From contig CAVNZM010000007.1 of NCBI GenBank assembly GCA_963693365.1, positions 6,507,962 through 6,571,961 of the forward strand: a stretch of 64,000 nt of DNA. The letters are read 5' to 3'. Source of the stretch: Amoebidium appalachense. Lineage: Eukaryota > Protista > Ichthyosporea. Position numbers and translations under genes: made by a program. Shown in pieces: positions 12,603 through 22,974 of this stretch (positions are counted from its first letter, which is position 1; each line of letters opens with the position of its first letter). Below the pieces are notes generated by a model. It did no database searches and had not been told where the DNA came from. It saw only the letters and a list, made by a program, of their open reading frames with translations.

Positions 12603-12973
12603 GGTTAAGATCTCGCAGGTGTACCAGCCGGTCATGATCTGATTCATGCGATCCGGACTGGATAACGATACCATCTTCCAACATAGAGCCCGGGCTGCCC
12701 TTGGGTTTTTTGGACTCAGCAATGACACTGTCATACTGGGACTTGGTTCAAAGTTACTTGCGAATAAACAATGAAAGTGCGAATAAACAATGAAAGCAGT
12801 GAAAAAGTATAAGAGTCACTGGCGTGTATTTAATCAAGTGCTTATTGATGTAGCTACAGGACTCGACCAGAATTAAGATTATCCTAATTTAAGATTGTAG
12901 CGCTAGAAATTTTTGAAAATTTAAGATTCTAGCCGGCTGGACCTTCCTCTCTACCTCTAAGATTTTTCGCTAG

Positions 12974-13006
<33 letters not shown>

Positions 13007-13047
13007 ACCCCCTCCCCTTGCACGTGCACACGCACACACACCATCGG

Positions 13048-13087
<40 letters not shown>

Positions 13088-13751
13088 TTAGATCTTGATA
13101 GCGGGTAATCATGAAAAGGGCGGGCTTTTGGGCCAATCAGTGGCCCAGCCGCTACCGGCCGGCTGGCGCCGGGCACTTGCATGCATCAAGGTCTCAGTCA
13201 GCACGGTGTGCACACGGTCTGACGGTGCGGCTTAGTATCACCTTTTTATTTCCACCTCGAACTTTCGTAACATCTTTCCGAGATCTACTCTTTCTTAGTA
13301 TTTAATGAGCCAGGAAAATGTCCGCCCTAAACGGGGGGAACGGCCATACCAGGCTAGCTAGTGTTTTTGACTGTATAGGTGAACTGGATAAGGCTGCAAA
13401 AAAGATAAAGAATGATTTTTCCGCAAAGATTGATGATGCTGTCGATGATTTAAAGCAGGAACTAATATCCACAGTTTTAGCAACTGCAACTGTTAGTACG
13501 GATGCTACGGTGGCTTCGGCCGACCCCTCGCTACACACACGCACAACCCACACAAATACGCGCACAGACACAGTCACTATGGCCAGCCCAGCCACCGGGC
13601 CCCCAGCTGCAGCCAACGAAACACTCTCCAGGCCAAATACCATCTCTTCCTCCTCCACCGGGGAGAAATGAGGGTAAAGGAGGGGAGAACATGGTTCGCA
13701 AACAGCCTTTTTTTTCTTTCCGACCTTGTCACTCATCTCATACTAGCCTCA

Positions 13752-13905
<154 letters not shown>

Positions 13906-14723
13906 CCGGCTTCCGTAGACGAATGTGACATATACTAATCCGTCTCAGCAGATTAGCCTAAGTCTACGATCAAGATCGGGGGGGGGGGGGGGGGGGGGGG
14001 GTGGCCCGGGTCCACAGATCATCAAGATCAAGTCCGGGGCCTCAAGATAGCTGAACAGCTGCGTGCATCTTGCCTCTGCCGGCGCAGGGCATTGGACCAC
14101 GTCAGCCGGGACAGCCGTCCAATAGAATTCTAATTAGTGTGTAGGATAGATCGTAGGAGGACTTAGGAATGTCATTGTTCGGGCAGAAGCCCTTTTGTAA
14201 GGATTGGCAAGGTTTGATAGTATATGTTGCCAAACGTATTTATATATTTAGATGTAGAGGAAAGGGGGGGGAGGGAGGGGGGGGGAGGATAGTATGAAAT
14301 GTAGATTTAGACTCTGCGGTGCCACTAGGGGGAGGGTGAGGGGTGAGACTTGGATAAATATATTAGTTGAGTAGATCGACTTAGCTCGTGCAGGCGCACG
14401 ATAAAAGTAGATCGGAATGTTAATGGAATGTGGCATCGTAGGGGGCCAGGTGATGATGATCTTGTAGGGCACGGCCTTGATGGCCTCAGTCGTAACTTAG
14501 ACTCAATCCGTACGGATCTAAGTTTGCCCGTCGGAGCCTGGTCTTAATAAACTTTACCGTTTTTCTGTACACGTTCGTTCCTTTTCGTGTGTGTACACTT
14601 AGTAGAGTGCCGCGTCTCTAGTACACATACATTAGGATACGACAACTAGTGTTAGACACAAAGAAGGCCCCCACTGTGGCGGCCTCGTGCTTAATGATCA
14701 AACAGTGCATCGACCACAAAACA

Positions 14724-15802
14724 ATGGCCGACTTATGCACCCTGATGGAGGAGCACCCGTACCGGGCCGAGCAGGCCCCCCAGGTGACGGCTCGTATATA
14801 CGAGCAGCAGTACGACGAGGGGAGGGACGAGATGGTGTCCCGGACACTCGGCCAGAAACGTCTGGCCGCACGGTTCATCCCCGACGACGAGGACGAGAAC
14901 AGCACCGACGACGTGGACGGGGGAGCTCGAGGCCTTCACACGGCCGGAAAACGAGCTCGAGTATACGGCCCGGCTCGTCGGCCGATACCTGACGGCCGAC
15001 CGGCGCCGTACCTTCCGGGCCCAGCTCAGAGAATGGAAGTATACCTTTCCCACTTTAGATATGTCCCCCGTAGAAGCTCGTGCATTCTTTGAGAGGGAAT
15101 ATCGGGTCTTTGGAGACCTTTGTGAGTTAGCTGGGGACGTGAGTGATAGGGAAAAATTCGAGTTTGCTCGTAAGGCTCTCTCTGTAAACACAGACACTGC
15201 ACGCATGTTTGGGGAGCATGATGATGTAGATGAGGTGGTGTTGCATGTTAAACGTCACTTGCTTGCCATGCACGAGGTGAAGTTCAATAAGAGGGATAAA
15301 AAGGAGGTGATGGAAGTAGACAAGAAAAAGAAGGAGAGTGGACAGAAGGGGGAAAAAGAGAAAAAAGAGGGTGAACAGCCAGATGCACTCACCATGTTGG
15401 TCAAGCAGGTTGCCGAGCTCTCCCAGGCCGTCTTTTCTGGCCGAGGGGGCTTCGGCTTCCGAGGTGGCCGTGGCGGCGACCGGGGAGGACACGGCGGTCG
15501 TGGCCGAGGTGGACGTGGAGGACAACAGCAGCAGTTCACCGAGAGGTTTGCCCCTTATCTTGCTCGTGGTGGTGGGCAGGGTAGAGGGAGGGGGTGGAAA
15601 TGGTGGTGAGAGGGGCCGAGGGGGGCAGGGGGGAAGGGGGGGCCGTGGTGCACACGGTGGGCCCCCCCAGCATGACCGGGCTCCCGGTTATGCTTTGCGC
15701 CAAGGTTTTGAAGTCCCCCCTGGCCCCTTCTTTGGTGCATGTTACGTTTGTGGCCGGCAAGGGCACTCTGCTGCATATTGCCGTAGTTACAAGAGCTATT
15801 GA
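14724..15802 (+). pseudogene. gag: G1 gag (frameshifted), RGG-rich with zinc knuckle
   Basis: Spread across ORFs 14649, 15061 and 15338; contains the CYVCGRQGHSAAYC knuckle. Confidence 0.8.
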
Positions 15803-16043
15803 GTTCCGGGGGAGGGGGAAGCTGGGGTCACTGAGGGAGGGGGGGGGACAGTATCGGTCCCCCCCAGGTTGCAGAGAACCTTCACCCTCCCCCACCCCAG
15901 GTTAAGCTTCCCTTTGCCCCCTCACCGCCCCGATACGTGTGGGAGCCGGGCATCGTCGTGGGTCCTCAAGACAGCGTCGAGGTGGTATGGCATGAATGTT
16001 TGTGGGGTGATTCTACCAAAGGTATGAATGGTGTGAATGTTTT

Positions 16044-19000
16044 GTGGTTGGGGGAGGTTCCCCAGCCACAAGTGGATGGTCTCAGTGTTTCTTGTCCCAA
16101 CCCGGTGTTTATTCTAACCACACCGGAGGGGGTTTCTGTGCCATTGTTTCCGGGAGGGGGGGGGGGACACACACGAGTAAAGGGGGAAGGGGGAGGAAGG
16201 CACAGACACATAGAAACACACCACCACAACAACATACGACGGTTGCAGACACACCTACACCCACACACACACCCACACATACACCAAACACACACACACC
16301 ACCCACCCACACACCACACACACACACTCCACCACCACCCACATCACATACACACCCCACCCCACCCGTGCAGGCACCACAGGTAGGTATGTTGCACGTA
16401 GGTATCGAGGGTGTGAGTCTTCGTGGGCAGGGATTGGGTGTGAGTGATGATGTGTTGCTTGAATTGGAGGAGGATTTAGTTGGTTTTAGCCGGCATTATA
16501 TAGACGTATGGTTAGCTGATGGTAAGTTGAAGGCTGTTGCTTTGCTCGATGGAGGGGCTCAGGTTAATTGTGTGCATGCTTCGTTTATTCGTCGTTTTAA
16601 TCAGGCCGGGGGGGAAATTCCTATTTTAGATGCTTCTAGCACAGCCTTAGGTAGTGCTAATAATAGTAGTATGTCTGTGGAAGGTGTTTGTGTGTTGCAG
16701 TGTGAGATAGGTGGCCAGGCTATGCATGTTGCTTGTTATGTGGTTAAGGATTTAGCTCAAAGTGTTTTGTTGGGAGCCCCATTTTTCCGTAGACATGTGA
16801 ATGCTTTGTTTGAACGTACGAATGTTTTAGAATTGCAGTCCGGCGTTAAAATTAAAACCCATGATGGGCTCGACGGTTATCAGTCTGGTGCTAGAACGGT
16901 AGCTGAAGTAGTAATCGAGCCTTATCAGTGCCAAACGGTACGTGTCCGGGCCGGCAATCATGTTAGGATAGGGGGATTTAGGGGTTTTTACTCCGAAAAC
17001 CCCATTTCAGGAGGTGGCCCAATGGACCCTTAGTAGGGTATGGCCGGATAAGACAATAGAAATAGAATTAGTGAATCCGGGCATCGAGCCTATAGTGATT
17101 AGGTCAGGTGTTTCCGTCGGTAGTTTCACTAATGAGATTGGTAGTATAGAGGTCTCTCTTATTACCCAAAAGGAGGATGCCGGCTCGAAGGGTGACTCAG
17201 GAGGAGGGGGAACAACTTTATTTAACGTTAGCCACCAAAATGTCACCCGACACGATGGGGGGGGGGACCGGGACAGCACCGGTCCCACTCCCCCGACCCC
17301 CAAGAGGAAGGAGGGTCACCCCGGGTGTGAGAATGTGCAGGCAGGGGGGGAGGGTGTTGGTCTAACCCGTGGATCTGACGGGTTAACCAACACCGTGGGG
17401 GGCAGGGTGGCCACAGACCTGGCCCCCCACATACATGCACTAACTCATCAGGAATTGCCCGGGGGCATTGGTGTGCCGAGCCGGGGGGAGGGGGGTGCTA
17501 AGGGTGACCGCCTATATCCGGAGGTACCTCAACCTCACCCCGAGCAGCACCGATGTAATACAGGAGGTGAAATGTTAAGTGGCACTCCGGTGAATAAGGA
17601 TGCATCCACTTGTGATGGGGGTAACCCGGAGTTAGTATTGCCGTTTGGTATGAAGGAGGGGGATTGGACGGTAGAACAGAAAAAATTGCTAGCTAAGTTA
17701 TTTGATAGGACTCGGTTTGCATTTCTGGCCGATGATAACGAAGTAGGCTTCGTTAAAGGGTTTGAAATGCAGATCGACACAGGTGATAATAGGCCGGTAG
17801 TGATGCCTAGCTATAGAATGGAGCAGTATAAATTGTCGGATGCGCTAATAATAGTGAGTGATATGTTAAAGAAGGGTCATGTGGAGCATAGTTCGAGTCC
17901 GTGGAGAAGTCCGGTGCTATTGGTTAAGAAGCCCGACGGGTCTTGGCGTCTAGTGAACGATTACAGGGCTCTGAATCGGCTCACTAAGGCAGACCAATGG
18001 CCTCTCCCTAACATAGACGAGCAGCTTTCACAGCTGCACGGCTATACTCACTTTGCTAAACTTGATTTAAAAGCAGCTTTTTGGCAGATAAGGTTGGAGG
18101 AGAGCAGCAAGGAGAAGACTGCCTTTGCACTGGGGGACCAGCTGTTCCAGTACAAGGTGGTGCCGATGGGTTTGCTCTCCTCTCCAGCTATGTTGTGCCG
18201 GGTAATGTATAAAATTCTCCACCCTCATTTGGATGTATGCCACCCTTATTTGGATGATGTTTTAATTAAAGGTAGGTCATTTGAGGAGTTAGTTAATAAT
18301 TGTGAAAAAGTATTTTTAGCTTTGGGTGAGTCTGGTCTCCGTATTAGCGGTAGCAAGACTGTGATTGGTGTGCCGGAGGTTAAGTTTTTAGGTCATATTG
18401 TGTCTAGTAATGGTCTTGCCCCTGATCCGGAGAAAATCCGGGCCATAGTTGAGTGGCCCCGTCCTCAGACTGACTCACTCAACTAAGGCAATTTTTAGGT
18501 TTAACTAACTATCTTCGTCGTTATATTAAGGATTATAGTATGCTTGCTTTGCCGTTAACTAGTCAGACGGGGGGGGAGAAGAAGAATAGAATAGATTGGA
18601 ATGTTGATGCTGTTTCTGCTTTCGAAAAGCTTAAGTTAGCTTTGCAGTCTTCGAGTACGCTTGTTCATCCTGATTTTTCGGCCGGGGGGGGGATGTTTAA
18701 AGTTCGGTGTGATGCAAGTAAGGTTGCTGAAGGGGCCGTGTTATATCAAGTGCAGGAGGGGCAGGATAGGGTGATTGCTTATGCTAGTCGTTCATTTAGT
18801 AAAAGTGAACGTAGATATAGCAATCCAGAGAGAGAGTCCCATGCTATCTTTTGGGCAGTCTCACAGGCATGAAGGTATATACTCGCAGGCAGGACGTTTG
18901 AGGTCTACACCGACCACAAGCCCTGCCTAGCCATGGCCGGCACCACTCGTCTGGTCAACGAGAGGATGCAGAAGTGGGCCGCGGCTCTCGGTGAGTTCTC

Positions 19001-21099
19001 CTATAAATTGTTTTATGCCAAGGGTGAAACAATGGTTGACTGTGATGCTCTCTCTCGTGCTGCTTATATTTTGTTTGAAGAAGAGAAGGAGGGGGAGGGG
19101 GGGGCTAGTGAGAGACGGGGGGGGGGAGGGGGGGAAGGGGGGGGAGAGTGAGCAGAAAGGAATAGATGCTGTGTCTGTGGATGTGTCTTCTTGGGTTCCG
19201 GGGTTGCTTGCTTATAAGTGTAGGAGAGGGGGGAGGTATTTGTCAGTGTCTGAGGTCGGGACCGAGTCTCATGGCTCGGCCCCTGCCTTAGCACCTACGG
19301 CTTTGATCTTAGCTCAGGAGGAAGATGTGTTGATTGGTCTGGTTAAGAATTATTTAAAGGGGCCGGTTGATTCGATTAAATTTAAAAATAAAAGGCAGAT
19401 GATTAAGGTAGCTAAGTTAGCAAAAATGTGTCAGGTAGAGCAGGATTTAGTTTATCATTGTTCTGGGCCAGACGGACACCGAGTTTGGGTCCCGACGGCA
19501 CTTGTGCCTGAGGTTTTGCATATGGTGCATGAGCATCCCATGGCTGGTCATTTAGGTGTAAATAGGACGTTGCTTCGTGTTAATCGTTCGTATTTTTGGC
19601 CGGGTATGAGTAGGGAGGTGAGGGATTATGTGTTGTCATGCATGCATTGTCAGGAAAGGAATGAGAGTCCCCACTCTCGTTCCCGCCCGTCGTTTATTAG
19701 GGATTTTAATGTTCGTATGTTTGAAAGGGTAGCAGTGGATGTGGTCGGTCCTTTTAATTCTACGGTTGAGGGTAACACTGTTCTTGTTACCGTCACCGAT
19801 GTGGCCACTCGTTGGGTTGAAGTTTTTCCTCTCCCCACTGCTAATGCCGTTTTGTTTGCTCGTATTTTTGTGGATGAAATTTGTCTTAGGTTTGGTTGTC
19901 CTCGTGTTTTGTTAACGGATAGGAGTCGTGTGTTTTTAAATCAGTTGGTGTCGGAGGTGTGTAAAATTTTAAGGGTAGCTCATATCACTACGTCTGCATA
20001 TCACCCTCAAGCAAATGCCATCTCTGAACGTGTGCATGCAGTGTTTCAGAAGTCCTTTGGCAAAATGGTGGATGTGGAGGCTAATGATTGGGATCATATG
20101 TCTAGGTTTATTGCTCATTCTTATAATTCTACCCCTCATGCTGTGACTGGTTTTTCTCCGTTTTATTTGGTCTATGGGCAGGAGGCTATTAGTTTGTTAG
20201 ATACGGCACTTTTGCCGATGGGGGGGGCTGACCGACTAACTTATCCCCACTGGACTGAGTTCCGGGAGCAGCTACTAACCCGGGCCCGGGCTGCACGTGA
20301 TGCAGCTCTGGCCCGTACACAGCAGGCACAGGCACGTACAGACGTGTCCACACGTCCGTTACGTGAATTTGCCGAGGGCACTTTAGTTTTAATTAGGGAT
20401 CATACTAGGAAAAAGAGATATAAGCAGGAGCAGGAAGGTAAGGGTGAAGGTGAAGGTCTTCGTAAGTATGGTAAGAAATGGTTGCCTCTTTTCATTGGCC
20501 CGTATAAAATAGTGGCTAGGTTAGGTCCGACGGAATATAAGGTGCAGAGGTTAGATAATGAGAGTGATGTTAGATTTTATAATGTAGATGATATAAAGGA
20601 ATATTATGATAGGGCCCTTAGGGTTAAACGGCCGGAGGGCCGTCGAGTGTTAGATGCATTCACCCCCGACTATGACGGGTCGGTGGATGTATCGGAGGCT
20701 GCAGTAGATAAAATTATGGATAAAAAGGTTATCGAAGGTAAGGAAGGTAAGGTAAATTATTATTTAATTCGTTTTGAGGGAGGTTATCAGGAAGATCAGT
20801 GGTTGCCTGAGTTTCATTTGGATTGCCCGTTTTCTATTCGTGCTTATGAGGCTAGATTAGTGCAGAGGGAGTTGCCTAGTGCTCCCTCTCGGCCAAAGAG
20901 AGTTATTCCTCAGTTTAATCGTGGTGTGAAAAAGTCGGTGGGGGAGGGGGCCGGGGGGGGAGTGATGCAAATACACGTAGACACACGGGGGGAGGGGGAG
21001 GGGGGGGAGGAGACCGAGGAGGAGTGTGAACGTAGTCGTAGGAATTTAATTTATTATCATAGGTGTCTCCGTAGGTATCAAGCTTATGGTGTAGATTAA
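16044..21099 (+). pseudogene. pol: G1 pol (PR, RT, RNase H, IN, chromodomain) with frameshifts and stops
   Basis: PR LLDGGAQ; RT SPWRSPVLLVKK/DYRALN/YLDD; RH CDAS; IN HxxxxxxH...CxxC, DVVGP, TD, YHPQAN; chromo VDKIMDKK...YYLIRF...DQWLPE. Confidence 0.92.
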
Positions 21100-21949
21100 T
21101 TTATTATTTTTCTTCGTAATTTATTTATTTAATTTTTTTTTTGGGAGACTGATTAGTCTATGTCTTTTTAGGGGGTGTTAGATGTAATGTGACTGAGGTG
21201 GGACTCAGCTTTTCCGGGGGCCGGGGGGGGAGTTGACATATACTAATCCGTCTCAGCAGATTAGCCTAAGTCTACGATCAAGATCGGGGGGGGGGGGGGG
21301 GGGGGGTGGCCCGGGTCCACAGATCATCAAGATCAAGTCCGGGGCCTCAAGATAGCTGAACAGCTGCGTGCATCTTGCCTCTGCCGGCGCAGGGCATTGG
21401 ACCACGTCAGCCGGGACAGCCGTCCAATAGAATTCTAATTAGTGTGTAGGATAGATCGTAGGAGGACTTAGGAATGTGATTGTTCGGGCAGAAGCCCTTT
21501 TGTAAGGATTGGCAAGGTTTGATAGTATATGTTGCCAAACGTATTTATATATGTAGATGTAGAGGAAAGGGGGGAGGGAGGGGGGGGGAGGATAGTATGA
21601 AATGTATATTTAGACTCTGCGGTGCCACTAGGGGGAGGGTGAGGGGTGAGACTTGGATAAATATATTAGTTGAGTAGATCGACTTAGCTCGTGCAGGCGC
21701 ACGATAAAAGTAGATCGGAATGTTAATGGAATGTGGCATCGTAGGGGGCCAGGTGATGATGATCTTGTAGGGCACGGCCTTGATGGCCTCAGTCGTAACT
21801 TAGACTCAATCCGTACGGATCTAAGTTTGCCCGTCGGAGCCTGGTCTTAATAAACTTTACCGTTTTTCTGTACACGTTCGTTCCTTTTCGTGTGTGTACA
21901 CTTAGTAGAGTGCCGCGTCTCTAGTACACATACATTAGGATACGACAGA

Positions 21950-22891
21950 ATGTACACGGAAACGGGCACTTTAGTATGGCACTACTCGCCTAAGGCAACA
22001 GATTTGTTGCAAGTAGTGGACGCTGGGGTGGGAGCGGCCTTGAAATACGAAATCGGCGAGGAGCAGTTGGCGTGGTTGGATGACGAGAAGAACGAGATAC
22101 TTTGGAATAGTGGGAAAATGTCTGCTTCACAGCGGAGAATTCTAATGACCCACTGGGCGGGGGAGGCATGGGTGCGTCTGTTGGGTGAAAATGGTCGGTA
22201 TCTCCCAAACATCCGGAAGGCGTTCGAATCCACCGGCTCTCTTCTAACGGCAGATGGCAGTGGCGATCACCTGATTAAGTTGCAGCATGTGAGTCCGGAG
22301 CTTCTCAATTTCGAACGACCGTTCGGGCCCCCCCACTCTAGCTGGGGGGAGGGCCACCCGGAGCTTCTGGGTTTGGAAAATTCGACGGAAACGACGGAAA
22401 CGACGGGTACCAATCAGCCGAAGGGAAAGGGTTCGAAAAGGAAGGACCCAAAGCCCATGCCCCCCCCGCCGGAGAATATAGATGTGTTAGTTCAACAGCA
22501 CGAAGCAGAGGAGGATGATTTGGGAGAGCAGTCGGAATATGAGGTGGAGCTGGAGGAAGGTCCAGAGGAGGTTAATGGCGGGGAGGAGGGGGAGGAGGAG
22601 GTCGAGCTTGTCCCATGGTTTGTGCCCCCAGGACATGAAGTTGTAACGGATTGTCCTCCCCTCACCACATGTTCATTAAAGGGACGTCGGGTTATGTGGA
22701 GGTTCCGGGATGGAGAGGGATGGGCCGTGGGGAAGGTAGTGGATAGGTCAAATGTCAGGAAACGCAATTATGCTGTCTGTTTTGATGATGGGCAGCTGTT
22801 GCATCTTTCGTTGGTGGAGAGCTCGTATGCCTATGGACCAGAGTTAGGTCGGTGTGACGTGTGGTGCCTATTGCACGAGACAGGTGAATAG
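21950..22891 (+). pseudogene. C-terminal part of pogo-like DDE transposase (continues 13905-13925 across the G1 insertion) with a C-terminal Tudor-like domain
   Basis: AGFRRRM|YTETGTLVWHYSPKATDLLQVVDAGVG...RRILMTHWAGEAW...KAFESTG...DGSGD matches the DDE_1 C-terminal pattern. The frame is continuous once G1 and one TSD copy are removed. Confidence 0.75.
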
Positions 22892-22974
22892 CAGATAAGT
22901 ACGGTTTGGGTGGAGATGTGTGTTTGTATGTGTGTGTGTGTGTGTGTGTCACGGTGTGTGTGGGAGGGGGGGGG

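Larger units (their letters stand above)
12022..12683 (-). mobile_element. TRIM (miniature non-autonomous LTR retrotransposon) with a tRNA inside each LTR
   Basis: Direct repeats 12022-12311 and 12391-12683, each bounded by TGTTGGA...TCCAACA. The 79-bp interior has PBS TGGTAGCATGAACAGG (minus, from 12390) and PPT-like TGAGTGGGGA (minus, ending 12312). Flanks TAGAC/TAGAG give a 4/5 TSD match. Confidence 0.85.
13926..21947 (+). mobile_element. Ty3/Gypsy LTR retrotransposon with integrase chromodomain (element G1)
   Basis: Near-identical LTRs 13926-14644 and 21234-21947 (TGACA...GACA), TSD GAATG, and [14 protein letters not shown]. Domain order is gag(CCHC)-PR-RT-RH-IN-chromo. Confidence 0.95.

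Noticed and set aside
12022-12683. Interpretation as two ordinary tandem tRNA genes or SINEs
   Set aside because: The repeat boundaries are TG..CA with inverted termini, PBS, PPT and TSD, which fit an LTR element better.
13318-13671. 117-aa coiled-coil-like ORF inside the pogo element
   Set aside because: No recognisable domain and it cannot be spliced in frame to the DDE fragment. It may be a transposase N-terminus, but that is unsupported.
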